DNA of 63,950 nt, filler included, from Bacteriovoracaceae bacterium (GTDB lineage: Bacteria > Bdellovibrionota > Bacteriovoracia > Bacteriovoracales > Bacteriovoracaceae): the NCBI GenBank assembly GCA_018649885.1. It is 5 parts of 5 records of this genome, joined end to end, with 100 filler letters (N's around TTAATTAATTAA, not from the genome) between each part and the next. Parts side by side here need not be neighbours in the genome. Positions count along the whole stretch, not along the records: positions 18,248 to 48,105 come from JABIHA010000026.1; positions 48,206 to 61,512 come from JABIHA010000002.1; 3 more parts are not named here. One strand, given 5' to 3'. Shown piece after piece: positions 38,236 to 48,493 of this stretch. How positions within the stretch are numbered: position 1 is the stretch's first letter; each line of letters opens with the position of its first letter. A program made the position numbers and the translations under genes. The notes under the pieces are model-generated. The model was not told where the DNA came from. It worked only from the letters and a program-made list of their open reading frames with translations, and did no database searches.

Positions 38236-39785
38236 TGTCGAATAATTTAAGTTTTTTAGCTAAAAAAAATGGTCTCAAGCATTCTATTGCTGAAAAAATT
38301 CATAGTAATTCAGCTCTGGGTGATGCCACCACCTTTGGCGCCAATTCTTTTTATGACTTTTTAAAACCTGGCAGTGAAAAAGTGAAAGCGCGCCTATGTA
38401 ATGGAACGGCCTGTCTGATGGGAAGTGAGAATCAGAAAATAAAAAGTGAGCTTTTAAAATCTTATGATCAAAGTGAAATTGGGCATGTTAGCTGTCTTGG
38501 TCATTGTGGTCGAGGCAACTCTTATATGGTGGGTGATGAAGTCATATCCTTAAGTGGTGAGACTACCTTCAACGATGCTCGTGGCAGTGAGGGGATTTTA
38601 CTAGGGCCTCAGCTACCAAACCACAAGATTTCGGAGAGTATTAAACTAGCACTGACTAAGAGCTCTGGTGAGCTTTTAGAGGAAGTCAAAAAAAGTGGCA
38701 TTAGAGGAAGGGGAGGGGCAGGTTTTCCTATGGCCTTTAAACTAACGGCTGCGAGTGTTGAACAATCATGTGAGAAATATGTTGTTTGTAATGCGGATGA
38801 GGGAGATCCTGGATCTTACTCTGATAAATACCTACTGGAAAACAGGCCTGATCTTGTTTTATTTGGTCTGATGATATCTGCAAAAATTATTGGCGCGAGT
38901 ACAGGGATTCTCTATATTCGAGCAGAATATCCGAACTCTATGGATATGATGATAGAAACCATAAAGCAGTGGGAAAAAGAAGGTTTTCTAGGAGATAATA
39001 TTCTCGGCACTGGTTTTAATTTTCAGGTTTTTAGTATTGTGGGAGCAGGCTCCTATGTTTGCGGGGAAGAAACAGCTCTTTTATCTTCTCTTGAAGGGCA
39101 AAGGGCCGAGGTTCGAATTCGTCCTCCCTATCCAACTACAAGGGGACTATTTAATCAGCCTACTGTTGTCAACAATGTGGAAACCCTCAGTAATTTGTAC
39201 CATATTATCACTAGTGGGGGAGAGAGTTACAGGGAGCTTGGAACTCCAAAGTCTACAGGTGTTAAGCTTATTAGCTTAAGTGGGCTTTTTAATACTCCAG
39301 GCGTTTATGAAGTTGAAATGGGTACCTCTCTTGGAGAGATTGTTAATAATATAGGATTTAAAACCAAAGTTAAGGCACTTCAAGTGGGTGGACCTCTTGG
39401 AGGTATTATTCCGATATCAATGGTAGATAAGCTAACGATTGATTTTGAATCTTTTAAAGAGGGAGGATTTCTCTTAGGCCATGGAAGTATTGTGGCCATT
39501 CCCGAATCATTTGCCATGATAAAATATATTGAGCATCTTTTAGAATTTACTAGCGATGAGTCTTGCGGAAAGTGTGTGCCTTGTAGAATGGGCTCAACCA
39601 GGGGGCATGAGCTGATCAAAAAATCAAGTTCCGAAAGTATTGATGTACAGCTCTTTGATGACCTATTAGAAACAATGGAGCTTGGAAGTTTGTGTGCTCT
39701 GGGAGGAGGGATAAGTCTGCCTATTAAAAATATTATCCAGTACTTCCCAAATGAGTTGAGCTCATATTTTAAGGGGGAGAAATGA
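38235..39785 (+). CDS. NAD-dependent formate dehydrogenase FMN subunit (NuoF/FdsB-like) with an N-terminal [2Fe-2S] domain
   Basis: RGRGGAGFP, NADEGDPG, GEETAL and SCGKCVPCR; N-terminal CNGTAC...CLGHC; TAATG coupling with fdhD. Confidence 0.9.
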   Translation: MSNNLSFLAKKNGLKHSIAEKIHSNSALGDATTFGANSFYDFLKPGSEKVKARLCNGTACLMGSENQKIKSELLKSYDQSEIGHVSCLGHCGRGNSYMVGDEVISLSGETTFNDARGSEGILLGPQLPNHKISESIKLALTKSSGELLEEVKKSGIRGRGGAGFPMAFKLTAASVEQSCEKYVVCNADEGDPGSYSDKYLLENRPDLVLFGLMISAKIIGASTGILYIRAEYPNSMDMMIETIKQWEKEGFLGDNILGTGFNFQVFSIVGAGSYVCGEETALLSSLEGQRAEVRIRPPYPTTRGLFNQPTVVNNVETLSNLYHIITSGGESYRELGTPKSTGVKLISLSGLFNTPGVYEVEMGTSLGEIVNNIGFKTKVKALQVGGPLGGIIPISMVDKLTIDFESFKEGGFLLGHGSIVAIPESFAMIKYIEHLLEFTSDESCGKCVPCRMGSTRGHELIKKSSSESIDVQLFDDLLETMELGSLCALGGGISLPIKNIIQYFPNELSSYFKGEK

Positions 39786-42472
39786 AAAATAGCGCCTTTA
39801 TAAACGATAAATTATTTGCCTTTGAAGAGGGCGATACCATTTTGAGTTTTCTTAAAAGAAATACCGAAGAGTCAATCCCCACTCTATGTCATGACCCTAA
39901 CTTAACTCCCTTTGGCTCCTGCAGGCTTTGCAGTGTAGAAGTTGCAAATGACAAAGATGGTGAGACGAAAGTTGTGGCCTCCTGTCATACACCGTTATCT
40001 CTAGGCCTGTACATCTATCCTCATTCAAAGAAAATTAAAAAACTGCGAAAAAATATACTAGAGCTTATATTGAGTGATCACAATTATGATTGCGACAATT
40101 GTGATGCTGATAAAAATTGTGACTTACAAAGTGCAGTTGAAGAGCATGGGGACGAGAAGGTTCGTTACACCGAAGGGGCCAATCACCAAAGTAGTGTGGC
40201 TGATGAAGATCATCCCTATTTGAGATCTCACCTGGAAAATTGCATCAATTGCTACCGCTGCATTAGGGCCTGCGATGAAGTTCAAGGTCAATTTGTACTG
40301 AGTATGAAAGGCAGGGGTTTTGATGCCCAAATTATCAAAGGTGCTGACCAAAGTTTTTCTGATTCAGATTGTGTCAGCTGCGGCTCTTGTGTGCAAACCT
40401 GCCCTACCAATGCCATCACCGATGTATTCCATAAACCACTTCCTGCAAGTGCTGTTACTACAAGGACAATTTGTACTTATTGCGGAGTAGGCTGCAATTT
40501 AGATGTAACAGCTTGTGATGGAAAAATTCACAAAATCGAAGCCTTGGGAGACGCTGAAGTAAATAGCGCCCATACATGTGTAAAGGGTCGTTACGCCTTT
40601 CGTTTTTATAACCACCCCGATCGTTTGAAATCTCCCATGATTAAAAGAGATGGAAAATTTGAAAATGTCAGCTGGGATCAAGCCTACGATTTTATTGCAG
40701 AAAAGTTAACTCAAATTAAAAAAGATCATGGAGCTGATGCTATTGGTGGAATTTCTTCTTCACGTTGTACCAATGAAGAAAATTATTTGATGCAAAAATT
40801 TATTAGGGCCGCTATCAAAACTAATAATATTGATGGATGCGCGAGAGTTTGCCATGCTCCTACTGCTCTTGGAATGCAAAGGGTCTTTGGTACAGGAGCT
40901 GCCACTAATTCGATTGCGGATTTAAAGTCTACTGAGTGCATTCTCATAGTGGGGGCCAACCCCACGTCGGCCCATCCAGTAACGGGAGCTAAAATAAAAC
41001 AAAAGGCCATCAAGGGATGTCCTCTGATCGTTATCGATCCTCACCGCACAGAACTTGCAGCTCTAGCTGATGTACATTTGCAGCTAAGGCCCGGCACTAA
41101 TGTCGCCGTTCTCAATATGGTGTTTTATTATATTTTAACTGAAGGCAGAGTTGACACTGAGTTTATTGAATCTCGCTGTGAAGGATTCGACGAATTTAAA
41201 AAAGAAGTCTTGGCCATGGACATAGGGCAATTGTCGAAGGTTAGTGGTGTATCTGAGGAGTCAGCTAGACAGGCAGCCGTATTGTATAGTGGAGCTAACT
41301 TGGCCATGTCTTTTCATGGCTTGGGAGTGACTGAGCACGCCCAAGGTACATTTGCCGTAATGATGATTGCTCAACTCGCGCTGATTACAGGGAATGTGGG
41401 TAAAAGTGGTTGTGGAGTCAATCCACTCCGAGGACAAAATAATGTTCAAGGTGCCGCTGATATGGGAGTCCAGCCTCATCAAGGGGCCGGTTACTTGGAT
41501 GTCACAGACCCTGAGATTAATGCTCTTTATGAAAAAATCTACAAAACCAGTGTACCCAGCGAAGTTGGGCTGAAAATTCCAGAAATGATTGAAAAGGCAG
41601 GCGCCGGTGAGTTCAAGGCATTGTGGGTAATTGGCGAAGACATTTCTCAAACTGAGCCAAATGTGAATAAGGTAAATAAGTGTATAGATAATCTTGAGCT
41701 TCTTGTAGTGCAAGAGTTGTTCATGACGGAAACTGCAAAGCATGCCACCGTGATTTTGCCTGCTTCCTCATTTTTTGAAAAAGATGGTACTTTCACCAAT
41801 GGAGAAAGACGAGTTCAGCGTGTTAACCGTGTTATTGATCCCACCCCGGGAACTAAACCTGATGGTCAAATAATTTGTGAGATGATGAATAAGATGGGCT
41901 ACCCTCAAAAAGATTTTCATCCTAAATTTGTACTCGAAGAAATCTCACAAATTGTTCCTTTTTTCGCCGGTATAACTTGGGACAATTTGCAAGATAATGG
42001 GCTTCAATGGCCCGTAGGAAAAGACGGCGTTGGAACTACTGTACTTCATACAGAAACTTTTAAAAGAGGCCTTGGTCTCTTTCAGGCCATTCATTTTGAA
42101 GAAACAGCTGAGCTTGTTAAGCACCAAAAAGAATTTCCATTTATATTGACCACTGTAAGAGATCTTACCCATTATAATTGTGGTGCCATGACTAGGAGAA
42201 CTGATAATAATGAAATCGTTAAATCTGATTTTCTTTTGATTCATCCGCTCGATGCTAATGAAAGCGGGATAGTTGATGGTGGTAGTGTTGAGCTTAGTTC
42301 GCACCGTGGATCCGTCAATCTTGTGGCCAAATTTAGTGAAGATGTTAAGCGGGGAATCCTTCAAACGACCTTTCATTTTCCGGAGGTTATGATTAACAAA
42401 ATCACCAGTAATACCGCAGACAGTGAGTCGCTTTGCCCAGAATATAAGGTCACTGCCGTTAAGCTTAACTAG
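39782..42472 (+). CDS. fdhF: Formate dehydrogenase alpha subunit (molybdopterin, Cys-type)
   Basis: Fe-S motifs; CTYCGVGC, CARVCH and LRGQNNVQG. Confidence 0.92.
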   Translation: MKNSAFINDKLFAFEEGDTILSFLKRNTEESIPTLCHDPNLTPFGSCRLCSVEVANDKDGETKVVASCHTPLSLGLYIYPHSKKIKKLRKNILELILSDHNYDCDNCDADKNCDLQSAVEEHGDEKVRYTEGANHQSSVADEDHPYLRSHLENCINCYRCIRACDEVQGQFVLSMKGRGFDAQIIKGADQSFSDSDCVSCGSCVQTCPTNAITDVFHKPLPASAVTTRTICTYCGVGCNLDVTACDGKIHKIEALGDAEVNSAHTCVKGRYAFRFYNHPDRLKSPMIKRDGKFENVSWDQAYDFIAEKLTQIKKDHGADAIGGISSSRCTNEENYLMQKFIRAAIKTNNIDGCARVCHAPTALGMQRVFGTGAATNSIADLKSTECILIVGANPTSAHPVTGAKIKQKAIKGCPLIVIDPHRTELAALADVHLQLRPGTNVAVLNMVFYYILTEGRVDTEFIESRCEGFDEFKKEVLAMDIGQLSKVSGVSEESARQAAVLYSGANLAMSFHGLGVTEHAQGTFAVMMIAQLALITGNVGKSGCGVNPLRGQNNVQGAADMGVQPHQGAGYLDVTDPEINALYEKIYKTSVPSEVGLKIPEMIEKAGAGEFKALWVIGEDISQTEPNVNKVNKCIDNLELLVVQELFMTETAKHATVILPASSFFEKDGTFTNGERRVQRVNRVIDPTPGTKPDGQIICEMMNKMGYPQKDFHPKFVLEEISQIVPFFAGITWDNLQDNGLQWPVGKDGVGTTVLHTETFKRGLGLFQAIHFEETAELVKHQKEFPFILTTVRDLTHYNCGAMTRRTDNNEIVKSDFLLIHPLDANESGIVDGGSVELSSHRGSVNLVAKFSEDVKRGILQTTFHFPEVMINKITSNTADSESLCPEYKVTAVKLN

Positions 42473-42661
42473 CCTAAATAGTTAAGTGCCTTGCGACATG
42501 TTGTGCGGGTAGTGTCCTTTTCACGAAATAACGAAAAATAGCGCGTTATATTTGTGCGATTTTTTAAAAAATTGGTCGATTTGTCATAGTAAACTTAGTC
42601 ACCTAATGCATTATTTGGTACAACCTATCGAAATATTTAATAAAGTAGTCGGGAGTTTTGA

Positions 42662-44794
42662 ATCGAAACGACAATAGAATTTAGTGACATGGGCCTAAAC
42701 CCAAAGTTGTTGGCCTCAATTAAAGAAGCCGGTTTTAAAAAAGCATCACCCATTCAAGAGTTAACACTCGCACCAATTTTGTCAGGTAAAGACATCTTTG
42801 CTCAAGCGGAAACTGGAAGTGGAAAGACTGCCGCATTTGTCATACCCATTTTAGAGCAAATACTAAGAGATGATAAAAGTGGCTCCATTGAAGCACATGA
42901 GACTAGGTACGCCGTTTTATGTCCCACCAGGGAGCTGGCCCAGCAAACCTTCAAAGTGTTTCAGGAATTTGGAAAGTCGCTTGGAGTAGAATCTTGCTGT
43001 GTTATTGGTGGCGAAAGCATGTCCAGGCAAAAAGAATTAATCAATCAAGGGGTTCATGTATTAATTGCCACTCCTGGTAGATTTGCCGATCTACTTAAGC
43101 AAAAAGTTGTGGGCCTTGCTCATTGTAAAGGGGTTGTATTTGATGAAGCCGATAGGCTTTTCGATATGGGCTTTAAAAAAGATATTGAGTTTATACTATC
43201 TAAAACATCTGATCATCGTCAGTTAATTATGCTTTCGGCGACGAGTAATCAGGACGTTCTTAGAACGGCCTATAAATTTAAATCAGTTCCCGAAGAGCTT
43301 AGACTCAACGAAGATAGTCTTTTGGTTGATCACATAGATCACAAGCTTGCTATGATTAGTGGGGAAGAGAAGTTTCCCTTTTTAGTGAAGCTTCTCAGAG
43401 ATAAAGAAAATGCTTATGCCATCGTATTTTGCAATACTCAAATTCAAACCCACTGTGTGGCCGAATGGCTCATACTTATGGGCTTTAAGGCCAAGCCAAT
43501 CTCTGGAAGATTACCACAAAATAAAAGAACCAAGTTAATGGCGGATTTTAGAGAGAAAAAAGTTACCATTTTAGTTTGTACCGATGTGGCAGCAAGAGGT
43601 CTCGATATAAAAAATGTCAACCTTGTTGTTAACTACAATCTCCCCCAAGAAGCCGCCAATTATGTTCACCGTATTGGTCGAACAGGTAGAGCTGGAGAAG
43701 AGGGTAATGCAGTTAGCTTTTGTGCCCACGAAGATTGTGAATACCTAGACCCAATTTACGATATGATTGAATCCAAAATCGAGAAACTCGATGTTGAAGA
43801 CTCTGATTTTGCCACTGATATTTGTAAAAAACCCTATCTTGATAGAAATACAATGCGTGTGAGCACATCACGTGGTGATAGGGAAAGAAGGCCTAGAAAA
43901 GAATATGGCGATAAAGATAGAGGAAGTAGCAGAGAAAGACGTCCTGAAAGGCAATCAAGGGGCAGGAGTGACTTGCGCTCTGATAACCGTTCAGACAATA
44001 GAACTCGCGCCGGAGTAGCTGCAAAAACTAATGAGCGAGGGGGACAAAACCATTCTGACCGCGCTCCAAAAAGAGAGGAAAAAGTGAGCCAAAATGTTGA
44101 AGTAAGTAGGAAATCAGAAGATAAAAGATTTTTAGAATTAACAGCTTACGGAGTAAGCGATGTTAGCTCTAAGGCCTTAAGATTTTTTAAAATTGATGAC
44201 GAAACTCTACTTGGTCACGAAGTATTAGAAGCTGGTCCTAAGAAATATATCCTCTTTGGGCCAAGAAAAACAAAGTATAAATTTTTCGTTAAACCAATAT
44301 ATAAAAAACTTCTACTTCCTTTTTTAATAGAAGTTATTAAGGATGGCGGTTTCGATCTGCATGTAAAAGTCTCTTATCGTCCTACAAGCTTACTTGTAAG
44401 CTTTAGCGGCAAAGACGACAAGCTTCTCGCTGACAATCGCTATGAGCTTCTCAATGCTTTTGAGCACATTATAAAAACCTATCTTCAATCACGCGTTGTC
44501 CTTCACCGCAATCTCAAAATTCAAGTCAAGTGTTTTAAGCCTGGTGAAAAAAACAAACCTAATGATAAAAGAGGAAGAGAAGCTACTGGAAGAAGAGACA
44601 ATGACAAATGGCTTATAAAGCTTGCAGAAACCACTAAGAAAAAAGTCTTAGACTTAGGTGAGCCAGTAAAATTGAAGCCCCTCAATGCCAGTGAAAGAAG
44701 AATCATTCATCAACACTTCCAAGATGATAGTGAAATTAAAACCTCTTCAATCGGTGATGGTAGATACAAGCAGGTCATGCTTAGCCCTAGATAG
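42662..44794 (+). CDS. DEAD-box RNA helicase fused to a C-terminal Jag/KhpB-like (Jag_N-KH-R3H) module
   Basis: AETGSGKT, PTRELA, DEAD, SAT and HRIGRTGR; C-terminal ERRIIH R3H motif. First in-frame ATG is 42689; a possible ATC start lies at 42662. Confidence 0.88.
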   Translation: METTIEFSDMGLNPKLLASIKEAGFKKASPIQELTLAPILSGKDIFAQAETGSGKTAAFVIPILEQILRDDKSGSIEAHETRYAVLCPTRELAQQTFKVFQEFGKSLGVESCCVIGGESMSRQKELINQGVHVLIATPGRFADLLKQKVVGLAHCKGVVFDEADRLFDMGFKKDIEFILSKTSDHRQLIMLSATSNQDVLRTAYKFKSVPEELRLNEDSLLVDHIDHKLAMISGEEKFPFLVKLLRDKENAYAIVFCNTQIQTHCVAEWLILMGFKAKPISGRLPQNKRTKLMADFREKKVTILVCTDVAARGLDIKNVNLVVNYNLPQEAANYVHRIGRTGRAGEEGNAVSFCAHEDCEYLDPIYDMIESKIEKLDVEDSDFATDICKKPYLDRNTMRVSTSRGDRERRPRKEYGDKDRGSSRERRPERQSRGRSDLRSDNRSDNRTRAGVAAKTNERGGQNHSDRAPKREEKVSQNVEVSRKSEDKRFLELTAYGVSDVSSKALRFFKIDDETLLGHEVLEAGPKKYILFGPRKTKYKFFVKPIYKKLLLPFLIEVIKDGGFDLHVKVSYRPTSLLVSFSGKDDKLLADNRYELLNAFEHIIKTYLQSRVVLHRNLKIQVKCFKPGEKNKPNDKRGREATGRRDNDKWLIKLAETTKKKVLDLGEPVKLKPLNASERRIIHQHFQDDSEIKTSSIGDGRYKQVMLSPR

Positions 44795-44804
44795 AAAGTA
44801 TTAT

Positions 44805-45254
44805 ATGAAAATATGGATAGATGCGGACGCATGCCCAAAAATAGTCAAAGAGGTCATTTTTAAGGCCTCTTTTAGGTTGAGAATTCCCGTATGTTTAGTG
44901 GCCAATAGTTATATGGCCGTTCCCCAAGGTGGGCTTGTCAGCTCAATTCAAGTAGATAAAGGTGCCGACGTTGCAGATTTCTATATTGTAGAAAATGTCA
45001 CTGAAGGTGAACTTGTTATTACTGCAGATATTCCTCTAGCTTCTTTAGTAGTAGAAAAAGGTGCTATCGCCATAAACCCACGAGGAGAGCCCTACACTGA
45101 GGAAAATATCAGTGAACGACTTTCCATGCGAGACTTTATGCAAGGTCTTCGAGATAGTGGAGTTGACACTGGAGGCCCTGCTCCTTTTGGGCCCAAAGAC
45201 AAAGAACATTTTGCCAATTCACTCAATCGCATCCTTACTCAAATGATGAAATAA
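44805..45254 (+). CDS. yaiI: YaiI/YqxD (UPF0178) family protein
   Basis: MKIWIDADACP, VITADIPLA and NPRGE motifs. Confidence 0.92.
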   Translation: MKIWIDADACPKIVKEVIFKASFRLRIPVCLVANSYMAVPQGGLVSSIQVDKGADVADFYIVENVTEGELVITADIPLASLVVEKGAIAINPRGEPYTEENISERLSMRDFMQGLRDSGVDTGGPAPFGPKDKEHFANSLNRILTQMMK

Positions 45255-45399
45255 CCACAAATCATGCATTTAAAAAATGTGATCACGTTGACATTGCTCG
45301 TCAAATAGGGAAGTATGGCCACATCTGAACATACTTTTATACACAGGCAAGTGCTGGTGTTTGGATTAGGCACTACCATAAAAACTTGGATATAAAACG

Positions 45400-46941
45400 A
45401 TGTCAGATTTTAAATCACTGAATTTACTCCCCTCTATTATGAAAGCACTGAATGCCAAAGGTTATAAAAACCCCACACCAATTCAAGCCCAGGCCATTCC
45501 CTACTTGCTAAAAGGAAGGGATCTACTGGGGATTGCTCAAACAGGAACAGGTAAAACTGCAGCTTTTGCTCTGCCTATTTTAGAGCGCTTGACCAAAAAT
45601 AAAGTGAGGACAAGATCTGGAGGGGTTCGCACTCTTATTCTGACTCCAACTCGTGAGCTTGCCTCACAAATTGATGACAATATTGTATCTTACGGAAAAG
45701 GCCTTCGACTTTCTAGTCAAGTAGTTTTCGGCGGCGTTGGCTATCGTCCACAGATAGTGGCCATGAGAAGGGGAGTGGATATTCTTGTCGCAACTCCAGG
45801 GCGCTTACTTGATTTGATAAGTGACGGACATATTGTTTTTGACCAACTTGAAGTTTTTGTTCTCGATGAAGCCGATAGAATGCTTGATATGGGGTTTATT
45901 AGAGATATAAAAAAGATAATCGCTAAACTCCCTAGTAAAAGACAGACTCTTTTGTTTTCAGCAACTATGCCAAATGATATTGCAAAGCTTGCCACTTCAC
46001 TTCTAAACGATCCAATACGAGTAGAAGTGACTCCTCAGGCAACAACAGTTGAAAAAATCGAACAAAAAGTTAATTTAGTACAAAAATCAAATAAACCACT
46101 TCTTCTTACTAGTATTCTAAAAGATAGCGCAATTAAAAGTGCCCTTGTCTTCACAAGAACTAAGCATGGAGCTGATCGCTTGGTAAAAAAACTGGACCAA
46201 GCTTCTATTTCCGCTGCTGCCATCCATGGAAATAAATCTCAAGGTGCAAGAGAGCGAGCTCTTGGTAATTTTAGAGCGGGGAAGATAAGAGTTCTAGTGG
46301 CAACTGATATTGCTGCTAGAGGAATTGATATTCCTCAAGTGAGTCATGTCTTTAATTATGACCTTCCAAACGATGCTGAAAGTTATGTTCACAGGATTGG
46401 AAGAACGGCCCGTGCTGGTCGAGAAGGCAAAGCAATTTCATTTTGTGATGAAAGTGAACTGAAATTATTGAAAAGTATTGAAAAACTAATTAAGCAGTCT
46501 CTTACTGTTGATAAAAAGCACCCCTATCATGGCGCTCCTCCAACACTTACAAAATCTCCTCAAAGAAACTCCTCGAGAGGGGGGAGATCAGATGGGCAAA
46601 GGTCAAAAAGAGCAGACGCGCCAAACAAGGGAAGAGGTGGAACTTCGAGAACTAGAAAAGTTGACGGGCAAGGCTCTAAAAGGGCCGATACTCCAAGCTC
46701 AAGAAAGGTAGATAGGACAAGCTCAAGAAAAGCAGATTCTCCAAGCTCAAGAAAAGCAGATTCTCCAAGCTCAAGAAAAACAGATTCTCCAAGCTCAAGA
46801 AAAACAGATGGGCCGAGCTCGAAAGGAGCAGAGGCCCAAGACACTAGAAAAACAGAAGGACGCACCTCTAAAAAGACCACTAATAAAAGAGGAACTCCCA
46901 AAAGAAAGTCTAGGCGCTTTAGCACTCGAAAATCTGTTTAA
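45400..46941 (+). CDS. rhlE: DEAD-box RNA helicase, RhlE-like
   Basis: [29 protein letters not shown] and a long basic C-tail. Confidence 0.88.
   Translation: MSDFKSLNLLPSIMKALNAKGYKNPTPIQAQAIPYLLKGRDLLGIAQTGTGKTAAFALPILERLTKNKVRTRSGGVRTLILTPTRELASQIDDNIVSYGKGLRLSSQVVFGGVGYRPQIVAMRRGVDILVATPGRLLDLISDGHIVFDQLEVFVLDEADRMLDMGFIRDIKKIIAKLPSKRQTLLFSATMPNDIAKLATSLLNDPIRVEVTPQATTVEKIEQKVNLVQKSNKPLLLTSILKDSAIKSALVFTRTKHGADRLVKKLDQASISAAAIHGNKSQGARERALGNFRAGKIRVLVATDIAARGIDIPQVSHVFNYDLPNDAESYVHRIGRTARAGREGKAISFCDESELKLLKSIEKLIKQSLTVDKKHPYHGAPPTLTKSPQRNSSRGGRSDGQRSKRADAPNKGRGGTSRTRKVDGQGSKRADTPSSRKVDRTSSRKADSPSSRKADSPSSRKTDSPSSRKTDGPSSKGAEAQDTRKTEGRTSKKTTNKRGTPKRKSRRFSTRKSV
46693..46836 (+). repeat. 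Coding 24-bp tandem repeat (about 6 units, PSSRKADS)
   Basis: CCAAGCTCAAGAAAAGCAGATTCT units in frame within the helicase tail. Confidence 0.9.
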
Positions 46942-47436
46942 ATGGAACGTATTTTAATCACCGGCAACTCAGGGGCCGGTAAAACTACATTATCTAAAAT
47001 TATTGCCGCTAAATATGACCTGCCCCTTATTCACTTGGACACAGAGTTTTGGCAACCAGAATGGAAAACTCCAGACATGGATTGGTGGCGAACGCGAGTT
47101 GAAGAACTCGCAGCAGGAAAGCGGTGGGTGATGGAAGGAAATTTTGCCAGTACCTTTGACATTCGTTTTCCCAGGGCCACAACGTTAATTCATTTTGATT
47201 TTCCTGGGGTATTTTGCATCTATCGGTGTATTAAAAGAAGAATTCAAGTGGGAAGTAGGGTGCGTTCTGATATGGCACCGGGATGTAGTGAAAGGTTTGA
47301 TTTTAATTTTTACAAATATGTTTGGAATTATCCTAAAAAACATTCGCCAATTGTTTACGCTGAAGCGGCTAAAATATTCACAGGGAAGTTTATTGTTGTG
47401 AAAAGTGTCAGTGATGTAGCAAAATTGGAAATATGA
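46942..47436 (+). CDS. P-loop kinase, adenylate kinase-like / topology modulation protein family
   Basis: GNSGAGKTT, IHLD, WVMEGN and RSDMAPGCSE motifs. Confidence 0.85.
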   Translation: MERILITGNSGAGKTTLSKIIAAKYDLPLIHLDTEFWQPEWKTPDMDWWRTRVEELAAGKRWVMEGNFASTFDIRFPRATTLIHFDFPGVFCIYRCIKRRIQVGSRVRSDMAPGCSERFDFNFYKYVWNYPKKHSPIVYAEAAKIFTGKFIVVKSVSDVAKLEI

Positions 47437-47447
47437 GAGGAAGGATC

Positions 47448-47477
47448 TCTGGGCATGGTAAAAAAACCTTGCCCAGA
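47448..47477. terminator. Hairpin between convergent genes
   Basis: TCTGGGCA.GGT...ACC.TGCCCAGA. Confidence 0.6.
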
Positions 47478-47490
47478 AATATATCTTGAT

Positions 47491-47976
47491 TTATGCAGAC
47501 CAATCTTCTGCGTGCAGTACATTCATATCAGCATCTAGGTAGAGATCAATACCAGCACCATCTTGGTAGATAGCACCTTGAACATGGTCAGTTGTGGTGA
47601 TGACAAGGCCAATGAGTTCACCATATTTGTAAATGGCATAGACTTCATCAATTTGTACGAGATATTTTACACCTAACTCTTTTTTGGGATTATCAAGTAC
47701 CTTGATTTTTTCTTCTTCAGTATACTCTGGATTTTCAGCGATAAACTCTTTCCACGCTTGAGTTTTTTCAGATTCAAGGCCTAGAAGGTATCGTTTTAAA
47801 TTTGTAGAAAATTTAGGGAGAACCTTTAATTCTTTGGCGGTGTATCCTTGCTCTAGTCTTCCCGTGTAGAAGCTGTAGTTCATAGATTTTGCTACTTTTA
47901 AGATTGGACTTAGGGCTTGCTTTGCATGTGCGCTTGAAAAGCTAAGGATTGAAATTAGCATAAATAGTGTTTTCAT
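47491..47976 (-). CDS. Secreted hypothetical protein
   Basis: GGAG RBS before ATG 47976; signal peptide ending AHA. Confidence 0.75.
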   Translation of the reverse strand: MKTLFMLISILSFSSAHAKQALSPILKVAKSMNYSFYTGRLEQGYTAKELKVLPKFSTNLKRYLLGLESEKTQAWKEFIAENPEYTEEEKIKVLDNPKKELGVKYLVQIDEVYAIYKYGELIGLVITTTDHVQGAIYQDGAGIDLYLDADMNVLHAEDWSA

Positions 47977-48105
47977 AAAATTCTCCATTAGATATTTTTT
48001 TATATTTATAAGCTCTTGCCTGTAAAAAACAAGATGGTTGTACACTAGTCTAGGGGCCAAGCTCAAATGAAAATAACGCATCAGCACCATGAAAAAATGT
48101 TGTCA

Positions 48106-48205
48106 NNNNNNNNNNNNNNNNNNNNNNNNNNNNNNNNNNNNNNNNNNNNTTAATTAATTAANNNNNNNNNNNNNNNNNNNNNNNNNNNNNNNNNNNNNNN
48201 NNNNN
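48106..48205. other. Artificial contig linker
   Basis: N-run with TTAATTAATTAA. Confidence 0.98.
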
Positions 48206-48213
48206 CTATATAC

Positions 48214-48388
48214 GCTAGTACTCCATCCATTAAGTTTACTCTAATCAAACTTGATCTTTTTCAATCTGAGATGCTTCACTCAATCGGCATACTTCAGTAT
48301 GCCTCACTCGTTCAGCACCTCAGATTAAAAAATCTCTGCGTTTGCTTATGCTGCGCATACGGGTAAACTTAATGGACGGAGCACTAGC
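48214..48388. mobile_element. MITE-like nested-hairpin element (~175 bp)
   Basis: 28-bp terminal inverted repeats (3 mismatches) with CTAG at both ends; internal IR AATCTGAG.TGCT/AGCA.CTCAGATT; central GGCATAC-TTCA-GTATGCC; located at a contig edge. Confidence 0.75.
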
Positions 48389-48493
48389 TTCTTCAAATTG
48401 CTTCATTAATTTTATGGCCTGTAAAAGAGAGATTCATGTAGAATAGAAAGCAATTTTTAATCTTAAAAGATATAATTACGCGAGGAGTTAGTT

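Noticed and set aside
39782..42472. Selenocysteine in formate dehydrogenase
   Set aside because: The active-site motif is CARVCH with a TGC Cys codon; there is no in-frame TGA.
46693..46836. 24-bp repeats as a CRISPR array
   Set aside because: Head-to-tail with no spacers, in frame inside a helicase gene, and no cas genes in the window.
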